Source: an uncultured Gemmatimonadales bacterium (GTDB lineage Bacteria; Gemmatimonadota; Gemmatimonadetes; Gemmatimonadales; GWC2-71-9). Taken from it: a stretch of 64,000 bases of DNA. The notes under the pieces are model-generated. The model ran no database searches. It saw only the letters and a list, made by a program, of their open reading frames with translations, and was not told the DNA's origin. The DNA is taken from NCBI GenBank assembly GCA_963825055.1, contig CAWGSK010000012.1, positions 224,001 through 288,000 of the forward strand. Reading direction: 5' to 3'. The translations under genes were made by a program, and so were the position numbers. This document shows, piece after piece, positions 19,877 to 29,438 of this stretch; the stretch's first letter is position 1; each line of letters opens with the position of its first letter.

Positions 19877-20746
19877 ATGCGCCCGATCCAGATCGGTGGC
19901 GGCCGCCGCGGGCCCACGAGCGACGAGGGCTCGCTCGACCAGTACCTGCGTGAGATCAGCCGGTATCCGCTGATCAACCAGGATATGGAAGTCGAGCTGG
20001 CCCAGCGGATCCGGACGGGAGAAGAAGAGGCACTCGACAAGCTGGTCCGCAGCAACCTCCGCTTCGTGGTCTCGGTCGCCAAGAAGTACCAGAACCAGGG
20101 CGTTTCCCTCTCCGACCTGATCAACGAGGGCAACCTTGGCCTGATTCGCGCCGCCCACAAGTTCGACGAGACCAAGGGCATCAAGTTCATCTCCTACGCC
20201 GTCTGGTGGATCCGGCAGGCGATCCTCCAGGCCCTGGCCGAGCAGAGCCGCATCGTGCGGGTGCCGCTCAACCGGGCCGGGACGCTGCACCGGATCGGCA
20301 AGCGTTCCTCCGCGCTGCTTCAGGAGCTCGGCCGTGAGCCCACCCCCTCCGAGATTGCAGAGGGGATGGACATCTCGATGGAAGAAGTCCGCAAGACGAT
20401 GTCCATCTCGCAGGGGCACCTCTCGCTGGACGCCCCGCTCACCCCCGGCGAGGACAACAAGCTTCTCGACTATCTCCCGGACGACCAGAACCCCGGGCCC
20501 GATTTCGAAACGTTCGAACACGCGCTCAGCGAGTCGATCGAGGAAGTGCTCGGCACCCTCAAGGAGCGTGAGGCCAAGATCCTCCGCCTGTACTTCGGCC
20601 TGGACGCGCCCGAGCCGATGACACTCGAGGAGATCGGCGGCATGCTGGGCATTACCCGGGAGCGCGTGCGCCAGATCAAGGAAAAGGCCCTGATGCGACT
20701 CCGGCACGTGAGCCGCGCCAAGGCGCTGGAGAGCTTCCTGACCTGA
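19877..20746 (+). CDS. RpoD/SigA-family sigma factor lacking region 1.1
   Basis: YLREI, NLRFVVSVAKKY, DLINEGNLGL, FISYAVWWIRQAI, TLEEIG..TRERVRQI. Confidence 0.93.
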   Translation: MRPIQIGGGRRGPTSDEGSLDQYLREISRYPLINQDMEVELAQRIRTGEEEALDKLVRSNLRFVVSVAKKYQNQGVSLSDLINEGNLGLIRAAHKFDETKGIKFISYAVWWIRQAILQALAEQSRIVRVPLNRAGTLHRIGKRSSALLQELGREPTPSEIAEGMDISMEEVRKTMSISQGHLSLDAPLTPGEDNKLLDYLPDDQNPGPDFETFEHALSESIEEVLGTLKEREAKILRLYFGLDAPEPMTLEEIGGMLGITRERVRQIKEKALMRLRHVSRAKALESFLT

Positions 20747-20780
20747 ACAGCGGTGAACTGTGAAAAGTGAAGGGTGAGAG
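20743..20780 (+). repeat. Heptamer tandem repeat, GTGAAC family
   Basis: CTGAACA (contains the sigma stop) then GTGAACT GTGAAAA GTGAAGG GTGAGAG. Confidence 0.65.
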
Positions 20781-20812
20781 GGCGCACCCTTTCCCGACGC
20801 CCGGCAGTACCT

Positions 20813-20884
20813 TCCGCCTGTCCGCCTGTCCGCCTGTCCGCCTGTCCGCCTGTCCGCCTGTCCGCCTGCCCGCCTGCCCGCCTG
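20813..20884 (+). repeat. Octamer tandem repeat (TCCGCCTG)7(CCCGCCTG)2
   Basis: Nine consecutive units read directly from the sequence. Confidence 0.97.
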
Positions 20885-20962
20885 ATTCTCCTTGCCGCCC
20901 CTGTCCCGGGCCGTTACTCTCCGGGGTAATACCGCGTGACCCACCCCCGAACCTTCGTGCCC

Positions 20963-21466
20963 ATGGCCAGTAATCCTTCCTTTGACATCTCCACCGGCGC
21001 CGACCTCCAGGAAGTGGACAACGCCGTCAACCAGGCGACCAAGGAGATTGCGCAGCGCTACGACTTCAAGGGCACCCACTGCACCATCGAGTTCGATCGC
21101 GCGAAGGCCGAGCTGCATCTGGCCGCGGACGACGACTATCGCATGGACGCCCTGATCGATGTCCTGCGCACGAAGCTCATCCGGCGCGGGGTGCCGGTGA
21201 AGAACCTGGACATGAAGGAACGCGAACCGGCCACAGGCTCGAGTGTGCGCCAGACCATCGCCCTCACCCAGGGCATTCCGCAGGAGACGGCCAAGAAGAT
21301 CGTGAAGGCCGTCAAGGATCAGGGGTTCAAGAAAGTCCAGGCCTCGATCCAGGGCGAGGAAGTGCGGGTGACGGCGCCGTCGAGGGATGAACTCCAGGGC
21401 GTGATCTCGTTCCTCAAGGGTGAGGACTTCGGACTCGAACTGCAGTTCGGCAACTACCGCGGCTGA
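20963..21466 (+). CDS. yajQ: YajQ family nucleotide-binding protein
   Basis: PSFDI, EVDNAVNQA.KEI..RYDFKG, KVQASIQGEEVRVT, LQFGNYR. Confidence 0.93.
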   Translation: MASNPSFDISTGADLQEVDNAVNQATKEIAQRYDFKGTHCTIEFDRAKAELHLAADDDYRMDALIDVLRTKLIRRGVPVKNLDMKEREPATGSSVRQTIALTQGIPQETAKKIVKAVKDQGFKKVQASIQGEEVRVTAPSRDELQGVISFLKGEDFGLELQFGNYRG

Positions 21467-21476
21467 CCCGGCCACC

Positions 21477-22796
21477 GTGACCCGGGTGTGGTGGGCCCGT
21501 CGCCGGAGGGTCGCCGTGATTGCCGTCCTGCTCACCGCCTGTGGGTCGCCGCCGCCCGTCGAGCCGCCAGTGCCGGCCGATACGGTCAGGACCCCGCCCC
21601 CCCAGGCTGAGCGCCCGGCAACACCGGAGGCGGAGCCCGAGGCTGCGCCGGCCCGGCCGGGTGCCGTCGAGCCGACCATCCGCATCGGGCTCCTCGTGGG
21701 CGTGGCGGCGGTCCGCATCGCGGGCGGCGGGGACCTGCTGGTCTCAGCGGCGGACGGTGCCAGCCGCACCGTGGCCGCGCTCGACCCGGTCACCCTGCGG
21801 GCGGAGGGTGGGGGCGTGACCGGCGGCGGGCTGCCCCGGACCGGCGCCGTGACCGTGACGCCGCTCGCTCCCGATGGACTGGTGTCCGTCGACGGACGGT
21901 CCTATCGCGGCAGCGTGCAGGTCAGGCGCAATGGTCCCGGGCTCGTGGTCATCAACGTCCTCGGCCTCGAGAGCTACCTGGCCGGGGTGCTGCCACTTGA
22001 ACTTGGCCGGCTCGAGGACGGGGATCTCCAGGCGATGAAGGCCCAGGCGATCGTCTCCCGGACGTATGCGCTCAGGAACCTGGGGAAGCGCGAGCGGGAC
22101 GGGTTCGACCTGCTCGGCACGGTGGCGGACCAGGTCTACGGCGGCGCGTTGGTCGAGACGGACCTCGCCTGGCGGGCCCTCCGGGAAACTGCGGGGCGGA
22201 TCGTGACCTGGCAGGGTGCCCCCATCGACGCGTTCTTCTTTTCGACCTGCGGTGGACGGACGGCGGAGGGGACAGAGGTCTACGCCGGCGCCGACCGGCC
22301 CTATCTCCGGTCGGTTGCGGACGTGGATGCGTCGGGCGAGGCGTGGTGCCGCCTCTCGCCCCGCTTCCACTGGACGGTGCGCTGGACCCGGGCCGAACTC
22401 CAGGAGGTGCTCCGCCAGACGGTGCCAGCCGTGACGGGCCGGGCGGTGGCGCCGGAAGACCGGGTCCGGAGTGTCCGGGTCACGTCGCTCACCTCGTCCG
22501 GGCGGGTTGCGACCCTGGGGCTGGATCTCGGTGGTCGTACGGTCGCGGTCCGTGGCCCGGCGATCCGCCAGGTGCTCCGGCCTGCGCCAGGGGAGATCCT
22601 GCGGAGCGCCGCCTTCGACCTGCACGAGGACCGTCAGGGTGGGTCGCTCCGCACTCTCGAGGCGGATGGGCGTGGGGCGGGACATGGCGTCGGGTTCTGC
22701 CAGTGGGGCGCCATCGGGCGTGCCCGTGCCGGATTCCGCTACGACCAGATCCTGGCCGCCTATTATCCGGGAACCGAACTCACACAGGTGTACTGA
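21477..22796 (+). CDS. SpoIID/LytB domain lipoprotein
   Basis: Lipobox LTAC; LESYLAGV..E, KAQAIVSRTYA, DQVYGG, STCGGRT, GHGVGFCQWGA. Start approximate. Confidence 0.9.
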   Translation: MTRVWWARRRRVAVIAVLLTACGSPPPVEPPVPADTVRTPPPQAERPATPEAEPEAAPARPGAVEPTIRIGLLVGVAAVRIAGGGDLLVSAADGASRTVAALDPVTLRAEGGGVTGGGLPRTGAVTVTPLAPDGLVSVDGRSYRGSVQVRRNGPGLVVINVLGLESYLAGVLPLELGRLEDGDLQAMKAQAIVSRTYALRNLGKRERDGFDLLGTVADQVYGGALVETDLAWRALRETAGRIVTWQGAPIDAFFFSTCGGRTAEGTEVYAGADRPYLRSVADVDASGEAWCRLSPRFHWTVRWTRAELQEVLRQTVPAVTGRAVAPEDRVRSVRVTSLTSSGRVATLGLDLGGRTVAVRGPAIRQVLRPAPGEILRSAAFDLHEDRQGGSLRTLEADGRGAGHGVGFCQWGAIGRARAGFRYDQILAAYYPGTELTQVY

Positions 22797-23446
22797 TGCT
22801 TCGACGGATACTGCCCCTGCTGTTCCTCGCCAGTACGGCCATCGCCTCGCGCGCCGGCGCGCAGCAGGCGCTCGAACGCTTCAGCTACGATGGTATCCGG
22901 TTCACGGGCCTCGAGGCCGAAGTCGGGGTCGTGACCTCGGACCGGCTGAAGGGAGCCGTCTCCTACGGCCTCCGGGTGGACCTGGGCCAGTTTGCCCCCC
23001 GCGTCCGGCTCCAGGTGGGAGGTGCCTGGTATCGCAGCGAGTTCCAGACCGAGGAGATTGCCAAGTTTGCGGAAGCTCTCCGGGGGGTGGTGAACGATCC
23101 GACCAACGACTTTGACATCAACCTCGGCACGATCCACTGGTCGGACTTCGCGCTCGACGCCGACCTGCAGTACCTGCTCGCGACCGCGGGACGGTGGCGC
23201 CCATACGTCGGCATCGGCGCGGGCGTGCACATGCGGAACGGTTCCGGCCGCGCGATTGACGGGACCTTCGTGGAGGATGCCCTGGACGAGGTCGGCGCCG
23301 GGCTCAGCGTCACTGGCGGCTTCGACGTGTTCCTGACGCGGGCCATCACGCTCAATATCGGGGGCCGGGCCGTCGTCGCCGGTGACCTGCAGACCCTGGG
23401 CCTCATGATCGGCTTCGGCTTCAAGAATCCGGGAGCGAACCCGTGA
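22796..23446 (+). CDS. Outer-membrane beta-barrel protein
   Basis: Signal peptide; RPYVGIGAG and alternating strands; TGATG coupling. Confidence 0.72.
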   Translation: MLRRILPLLFLASTAIASRAGAQQALERFSYDGIRFTGLEAEVGVVTSDRLKGAVSYGLRVDLGQFAPRVRLQVGGAWYRSEFQTEEIAKFAEALRGVVNDPTNDFDINLGTIHWSDFALDADLQYLLATAGRWRPYVGIGAGVHMRNGSGRAIDGTFVEDALDEVGAGLSVTGGFDVFLTRAITLNIGGRAVVAGDLQTLGLMIGFGFKNPGANP

Positions 23447-24453
23447 GCGATCCGATCCGGGTAGGCATCATCGGCGGCGGCGCCATTACCCAGGTCGGGC
23501 ACCTGCCGGTCCTGAAGAAGCTGAAGGGCGTCACGGTGCACGCGATCTGCGACAGCGACGTGCCGAAACTCCAGGCGCTCGCCCAGCGGTACCGCATTCC
23601 CAACGCGGTGGACGACATTGACGACCTGCTGGGGATCGACGGGCTGGACGCGGTCGTGATCTGCACCCCGAACCACCTGCACGAGTCCCACGTGCAGGCG
23701 GCGGTGTCCGCCGGGCTCCACGTCCTGGTGGAGAAGCCGGTCGTGACCGTGACCGGTGACGTGATGCGCGTCAAGCGCGCGGCCGAAAAGCGGAACGTGC
23801 ATGTCATGGTCGGCATGAGCCACCGCTATCGCACCGATGTCCAGATTGTCCGGAGCTTCGTCCAGAGCGGGGAACTGGGCGCCATCGAGAGCGTTCGCGG
23901 GAGCTGGCACGTCTTCCGTCCAAGCCGCAGCATGCTGGGCTGGCGACTCCGGAGGGAGCAGTCGGGCGGTGGGGCGATGCTCGACCTTGGCCTGTCCATC
24001 CTCGATCTTGGCCTCTGGCTGACCGGCGTCCCGAAGCCGGTGCGCGTCAGTGCCAATCTCGACCGGCCCCCCGGTGAGAAGGCCGTGGAGCAGTCCGGAA
24101 GCGCGTTCGTGGTCTGTGAGAATGGCACCAGCATTTTCCTGGACGTAACCTGGCACCACGTCGGCGCCGGTGAGCGATTCGGCGTCGGGCTGCGGGGGAG
24201 CAAGGGCACGGCCGGCATCAACCCGCTGCATGTCTGGAAGGAACTCCACGGCGTGCCCACCGATGTTGCGCCGACCGGGTCGATCGGGCGCGAGAACGCC
24301 TTCTTCGCGGCCTTCCGGGCGGAGTGGGCCCACTTCCTCGCCGTCATCAGGGGTGAGGTCAAGGCACCGTCGCTGGACGATCACGTCATCCTGCACAAGG
24401 TGATCGATGCGATCTACCAGTCCGCGGCCGAAGGGCGTGACGTGACGCTGTGA
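23443..24453 (+). CDS. Gfo/Idh/MocA oxidoreductase
   Basis: GIIGGG, ICTPNHLH, HVLVEKP, GGGAMLDLG. Confidence 0.92.
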   Translation: MSDPIRVGIIGGGAITQVGHLPVLKKLKGVTVHAICDSDVPKLQALAQRYRIPNAVDDIDDLLGIDGLDAVVICTPNHLHESHVQAAVSAGLHVLVEKPVVTVTGDVMRVKRAAEKRNVHVMVGMSHRYRTDVQIVRSFVQSGELGAIESVRGSWHVFRPSRSMLGWRLRREQSGGGAMLDLGLSILDLGLWLTGVPKPVRVSANLDRPPGEKAVEQSGSAFVVCENGTSIFLDVTWHHVGAGERFGVGLRGSKGTAGINPLHVWKELHGVPTDVAPTGSIGRENAFFAAFRAEWAHFLAVIRGEVKAPSLDDHVILHKVIDAIYQSAAEGRDVTL

Positions 24454-25964
24454 GGGCCCGGGCCGCCTGCCTGCTCCTGGCCCAGGGGCTGCTGACCCTC
24501 CTCGCCATCCCTCCCATCTCCCTGCCGGGCGCCCCGCTGCTGCTGCTTGTCCCATTCGCGCTCCTGCTCCTCAGTGCCGCCCGCGAGGCCGCGCCCGTGT
24601 ACCATGCCGCCGTCCTCGGCTTCCTCGCGGGGGTCGTGTCCGCAGCCGTTGAGTACTCCTGGGTGCCCGCCGCGCTGCATCGGTACACGCCACTCTTCAT
24701 TCCGGGCGCCCTCGCCGTCGTGGTCATCGTGGCGGCGCTCTGGTCCGCGACGGCGGCGCTGGCGGTGGCCTGCTGGACCCGGCTGTCCGCGCCCCGGTGG
24801 CTCGTGCTGGCCGCGGCTTTCACGGCCATGGATTGGGGCCGGGCACACCTGCCGGGCCTCGCGTTCCCCTGGCTTGGCCCTGGTGTGGACCTTGCCGGGA
24901 CGCCCATCCTCATCCAGGCTGCGGATACCGTAGGGGCACGGGGGCTCACGTTCCTGGCCGTGGCGATGAGCACACTCGTGGCGGAGGCGCTGGACGGTGC
25001 CCCGCGCCGCTGGGCCCGGCTGGCAGCGTCCGGTGCCCTGGCAGGCGGGCTTGCCGCATACGGCGCGTGGAGGCTCGTCACGCTGCCGGTGGTTCCAGGC
25101 GGCACCGCAGGTGTCGTGACTACGGCGGTGCACGCCGGCGGGAGGGCCGACCAGGAGGGCATGCTGCACCTGACGGCGGCGTTGCAGGACTCCAGCGTTG
25201 CGCTGGTGGTCTGGCCCGAAGCGGTGGACTCGACGCCGGTGACCCGCGACGGGAGCCTGCCGCGCGCCCTCGCCCTTCTGGCCGGGGCGGGAACTCCCAT
25301 CATGGCCGGCATGATGATGCGCGACACCGAGACCGGCCTGCTGTCGAATACGGTCTGGTGGTTCGCCGGCCGGGCGGGCGGGGACACGATCTACCGGAAG
25401 CGTCGCCTCGTACCGGGGGTGGAAAGCGGGACGACCGCGGCGGGCCGCGAGGCCCCGATCCTTGCCACACCCGCCGGCGCGGCGGGCGTCCTGGTGTGTT
25501 TCGAGTCGGGATTCGAGGACCTGGCCCGCGACTACCGGCTGCGCGGGGCCACGCTCCTCATCAACCCGACCAACGACGCCTGGGGTGCGGGCACGATGGG
25601 GCCGGCGCAGCACCGCGCGCACCTGGTCCTCCGGGCGGTCGAGACCAGGGTGGGGGCGCTCCGGGTCACCAACCTCGGCGTGAGCGAGACGATCGATCCG
25701 CGCGGCCGCGTCACCCGGCTCGAGGGTGCCGTCGCGGGGCTTCCCGGCCACACGTCGACGATCCCCCTCCATGTGCGCCTGGGCGACTGGGTGGGACTCA
25801 TGAGCGTCGTGTTGTCGGTGGGGATGCTGGTGGTGTGTTACCGGACCGGGGCGTCCCGCACCGCCTCGCGGAACATGGCGAACAGGTCGGCGTCGAGGCG
25901 CCCGGAACCTACTTCATCGTCAATGATCTCGAACGCGCGTTCCACCGGCACCGCCGGCTTGTAG
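24450..25964 (+). CDS. lnt: Apolipoprotein N-acyltransferase
   Basis: TM N-terminal half with FPW; nitrilase triad WPE, YRKRRLVP, VCFE; TNDAW, RAVE. Confidence 0.85.
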   Translation: MRARAACLLLAQGLLTLLAIPPISLPGAPLLLLVPFALLLLSAAREAAPVYHAAVLGFLAGVVSAAVEYSWVPAALHRYTPLFIPGALAVVVIVAALWSATAALAVACWTRLSAPRWLVLAAAFTAMDWGRAHLPGLAFPWLGPGVDLAGTPILIQAADTVGARGLTFLAVAMSTLVAEALDGAPRRWARLAASGALAGGLAAYGAWRLVTLPVVPGGTAGVVTTAVHAGGRADQEGMLHLTAALQDSSVALVVWPEAVDSTPVTRDGSLPRALALLAGAGTPIMAGMMMRDTETGLLSNTVWWFAGRAGGDTIYRKRRLVPGVESGTTAAGREAPILATPAGAAGVLVCFESGFEDLARDYRLRGATLLINPTNDAWGAGTMGPAQHRAHLVLRAVETRVGALRVTNLGVSETIDPRGRVTRLEGAVAGLPGHTSTIPLHVRLGDWVGLMSVVLSVGMLVVCYRTGASRTASRNMANRSASRRPEPTSSSMISNARSTGTAGL

Positions 25965-27763
25965 GGCCGGTCGCTGGCGGTGAGCGCGTCGAAGATATCT
26001 GCGATGGTCATCATGCGCGTCTGCACGGGGATCTCGGGGGCGGCGAGCCCGTGGGGATACCCGCTCCCGTCCAGTTTCTCGTGGTGGCCCAGCGCAATGG
26101 CGGGCACGGCCTTGAGGTCACGGGTCCACGGGATACCCTTGAGGAAATTGAAGGTGTGGGTGACGTGCCGCTCGATCTCCCGGCGCTCGCCGGGGTCGAG
26201 GGTACCCTGGCCGATCCGCAGGAAGGCCAGCTCTGCCGGATCGAGGCACGGCTGCATGGCTCCCGCAAGGTCTTCGTACGCTTCACCGGCAGCCGCATCC
26301 AGCGCGGGCGAGACCTCGCCTATCACGACGCTCGGCAGATTCGCCTCCTCCACCAGCGTCTTCAGCTTCCCGATGCGCTCCACCTCGGCCGCGTACCGCG
26401 CCTCGGCCTCCCGCACAAAGGCCTCGTAGCCGCTGCTGCCGTGAGTCTCCAGGTGGGCGGCGCGCTCCATGGCAAGTCGCCACTGCGCGGTGCGGAGCAT
26501 GAAGGCGCAGCGCTGGCGGAAACCGGCCAGGTCCTGGGGGTAGAGCTTGGTCTCCTTGACCAGAACGTTCTCACGCACGCCGACCTTGCCGAAGTCGTGC
26601 AGCAGGCACGCATAGCGGAGTTCCCGGATCTGCTCGCGCGAGAAGCGCAGGTCGCGGTAGGCGCCCTGCCGTACGCGGTCCACCACGTCCGCCAGGGCGA
26701 TGGTGTGTCGGGCGACGCGTTCCGAATGCCCCGATGTCGCGGGGTCACGCTGTTCAATGGCGGTCACCGCCGCTCGGATAAAACCTTCGAAAAGCCGCTC
26801 GATGCTGGCGTAGAGCTGGGAGTTTTCCAGCGCGACCGCCGCCTGCCCGGCCAGTGCCCGGACGAGGCGCACCATGTCCTGGCTGTAGGGCAGCGCCTCC
26901 CGCGCCGAGACCTCCGGCGAATCCAGGCGCACATCGGAGTGCCGCTTACGGTTGATGAGCTGCAGGACCCCGATGGTCTCGCCCTGGTGGTTTTCCATCG
27001 GCACGACCAGCGCGGAACGGGTGCGGTAGCCGGAGCGATCGTCGAACGACTGGTTGAACCGGTAGGGCAAGTCGGGTGCAAGGCCGTACACGTCCTCCAC
27101 CACCAGGGGCCGCCGTTCCACCGCAGCGTACCCTGCCAGCGAGGTGCGGTCCATCGGAACGGTGAACTCGAGCAGTGGGAGATCAGGGCGGCTGTCGTTC
27201 TGGCTGAGCTTGAAGCGGAGGTGCGGCCCACCGCGCGGCGTGGCCTCGACCAGGTAGAGGCTTCCCGCATCGGACACCGTGATGCGGCGGGCCTGGTAGA
27301 GAATCTGTTCCAGGAGCCGGTCCGTGTTCCGTTCGGTTGCCAGGAGGATCCCGATGTCGGTGAGCTCGGAGAGATCCCCCTCCTGCCGGGCGACCTGCGT
27401 TTCCAGCGAGCGCAGACGGGCCTCCGCGGCAGAGGCGCGGAAGGCGGACCGTAAGGCCAGCAGCAGCTGGCGCCGGGGCCACGGCCAGGGGATCCAGGCG
27501 GCCACGTCCCCGTCGCCCGCAGGTGCATCGGCCTCCCCCTCGGCGCCAAGGAGGATCAAGGCCGCGCCGGCCTGATGCAGGCTGTGGCGCGTGGCGTTGG
27601 CGAGCGACTCGCGTGATGCGGGGTCAAGCACCACCGCGAGCGGCTCCCCCAGCCGGGGAAGCGCGTCCGCCTGGAGTGGAACGATCCGGATTCCCTCGGC
27701 GGCCAGTGCCTCGGTCAGGTCGCCGGGTGACCAGCCCCTGGCGTGGAGGAGGGTGAGCGGCAT
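25838..27763 (-). CDS. GAF + HD-GYP phosphodiesterase
   Basis: GAF (SGYRTRSALVVPM, GVLQLIN), RDPATSGHSERV, LLHDFGK, HHEKLDGSGYP, DIFDALT..RPYK. ATG 27763. Confidence 0.9.
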   Translation of the reverse strand: MPLTLLHARGWSPGDLTEALAAEGIRIVPLQADALPRLGEPLAVVLDPASRESLANATRHSLHQAGAALILLGAEGEADAPAGDGDVAAWIPWPWPRRQLLLALRSAFRASAAEARLRSLETQVARQEGDLSELTDIGILLATERNTDRLLEQILYQARRITVSDAGSLYLVEATPRGGPHLRFKLSQNDSRPDLPLLEFTVPMDRTSLAGYAAVERRPLVVEDVYGLAPDLPYRFNQSFDDRSGYRTRSALVVPMENHQGETIGVLQLINRKRHSDVRLDSPEVSAREALPYSQDMVRLVRALAGQAAVALENSQLYASIERLFEGFIRAAVTAIEQRDPATSGHSERVARHTIALADVVDRVRQGAYRDLRFSREQIRELRYACLLHDFGKVGVRENVLVKETKLYPQDLAGFRQRCAFMLRTAQWRLAMERAAHLETHGSSGYEAFVREAEARYAAEVERIGKLKTLVEEANLPSVVIGEVSPALDAAAGEAYEDLAGAMQPCLDPAELAFLRIGQGTLDPGERREIERHVTHTFNFLKGIPWTRDLKAVPAIALGHHEKLDGSGYPHGLAAPEIPVQTRMMTIADIFDALTASDRPYKPAVPVERAFEIIDDEVGSGRLDADLFAMFREAVRDAPVR

Positions 27764-27773
27764 TGCCCCGGGA

Positions 27774-28472
27774 TCAACCTCCGGCCTTCTGCAGGCCTTC
27801 CCGTGCCTCGGAGTATTCCGGATACACCTCGAGGGCCTTCCGGTAATACTCGACGGCCCGGGCGCTGTCGCCACGATCCTGGTACAGGAGCGCGCGGCTG
27901 TAGTACGTCACGGCCTCGGCGGGCACCGCCCGCGCGCGCGCCGCGCTGGCGATGTTCTCGGGCAGGGGAGGGAGCTTGGTATTCGCCATGATCCCTTCCG
28001 CCGACTGCTGGATCAGGCTGTACAGTTCGTCACGCGGCTTCGGGCCGACCGAGACCACCTTGAGGATCTCCCCTGTCTCGACATCCACGATACGCGTGTC
28101 GATCCGGAACTTGCCGTAGAAGTCGGTGAATACGCCCATGATCATGTAGCGGGCGCCCACCAGCTTCCCGATACGCGCCGCGGTCGTGGCATCGACGCGT
28201 CCGGCCTCGGCGAGGTTCTGTTCGTCAAGCATCTGCCGGATACTGGAACGCTCCACCACGCGCGCCGCCGGATTCCGGCTGAGCGCGCTGATGATCATGG
28301 CGGGTATGCCCTGGCGCAGGGCCGCGAAGTCTTCCTTGTCGCGCCCATAGGAGCCGCCGTCGTCGTACGGGAGGACCGCGATGCCCGGCCGGCGGTCCTG
28401 CGCGGCCGCGGTGCGTACGGCGGGCACCGTGAGCGTCAGCAGCAGCAGCGCCATCACGTATCGTTTCAACAT
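27774..28472 (-). CDS. CsgG/HfaB-like exported protein with C-terminal TPR
   Basis: Signal peptide; IAVLPY, VVERS..L.EQ, AARIGKLVGA, RIVDVETGEI; TPR AVEYYRKALEVYP. GAGGAG RBS before ATG 28472. Confidence 0.82.
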   Translation of the reverse strand: MLKRYVMALLLLTLTVPAVRTAAAQDRRPGIAVLPYDDGGSYGRDKEDFAALRQGIPAMIISALSRNPAARVVERSSIRQMLDEQNLAEAGRVDATTAARIGKLVGARYMIMGVFTDFYGKFRIDTRIVDVETGEILKVVSVGPKPRDELYSLIQQSAEGIMANTKLPPLPENIASAARARAVPAEAVTYYSRALLYQDRGDSARAVEYYRKALEVYPEYSEAREGLQKAGG

Positions 28473-28484
28473 GCCCACTCCTCG

Positions 28485-29351
28485 CTAGAGACGTATCTGC
28501 ATGCCCTCGCGGGCCGCATCCACCTGCAGGTCGGGACAGCGGCCCCCGGCCAGGGCCCGTGCACGTGCGAGCAGCCCGTCCAGATCGCTGTCGTCGTGCG
28601 TCGGCTCATGATGGAAGAGCACCAGCCGGTTCACTCCGCTCTCGGCGGCGACCTCGACGGCCTCACTGGCCGTGGAATGCCCCCAGCCCGCCCGGTCAGC
28701 GCCGAGTTCCTCGGTATACATCGCGTCATGGATCAACGTGTGTACGCCCGAAAGGAACTGCACGAACCGCGCCCGCCAGTCATCCGGTACGTCATACTGG
28801 CCGCCCGGACCGAGTTCATTGTCCGTCACGTACGCCAGGGTCTGGCCCCCGGCTCTCGGGGTCAGGCGATAGGCCAGCGTGCACCCGGGATGCCGCAGCC
28901 GCATCGTGGCGACGTCATACCCGTCCGTGACGAACGATTCTTCCCCGATCTCCTGCACGCTGAGGTCGGCCGGCAGCGCGGTGAGGGGCACCGGGAAGAC
29001 CATGGGGTCCATCTGCCGGTCCAGCACCTCGCGGAGCGGCACGTTCATCTGCCTCGCGCCGTGGATGCGGATCCGGTTCCCGCGCACCGCCAGCGGCCCG
29101 AAGAACGGGAGGCCCTGGATGTGGTCCCAGTGCGTGTGCGAAATCATCACGTCCGCCCGCAGCGGGCTGCGCCCGGCGCGGCCCAGCGCGAGTCCGAGTT
29201 CCCGGATTCCGCTGCCGGCGTCCAGGATCACCAGATGACCCTCTGCGTCTTCGACCGTGGTGCACGGCGTGTTACCGCCGTAGCGCACGGTTCCCGCGCC
29301 CGGCGAGGGAATCGAGCCCCGCGTACCCCAGAACGTGATGGTGGTGTCCAC
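28485..29351 (-). CDS. MBL-fold metallo-hydrolase
   Basis: WGTRGSIP, YGGNTPC, DAGSG, SHTHWDHIQG, GWGHS, LFHHEP. Confidence 0.9.
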   Translation of the reverse strand: MDTTITFWGTRGSIPSPGAGTVRYGGNTPCTTVEDAEGHLVILDAGSGIRELGLALGRAGRSPLRADVMISHTHWDHIQGLPFFGPLAVRGNRIRIHGARQMNVPLREVLDRQMDPMVFPVPLTALPADLSVQEIGEESFVTDGYDVATMRLRHPGCTLAYRLTPRAGGQTLAYVTDNELGPGGQYDVPDDWRARFVQFLSGVHTLIHDAMYTEELGADRAGWGHSTASEAVEVAAESGVNRLVLFHHEPTHDDSDLDGLLARARALAGGRCPDLQVDAAREGMQIRL

Positions 29352-29438
29352 GGGGATCAGTGGATTGCGAGAAGTGTGCCGGTGGCGGGAGGCCGGGGCC
29401 CCGGTGTGACGGACATCACCCGACTTTCGTGAGGTGGA

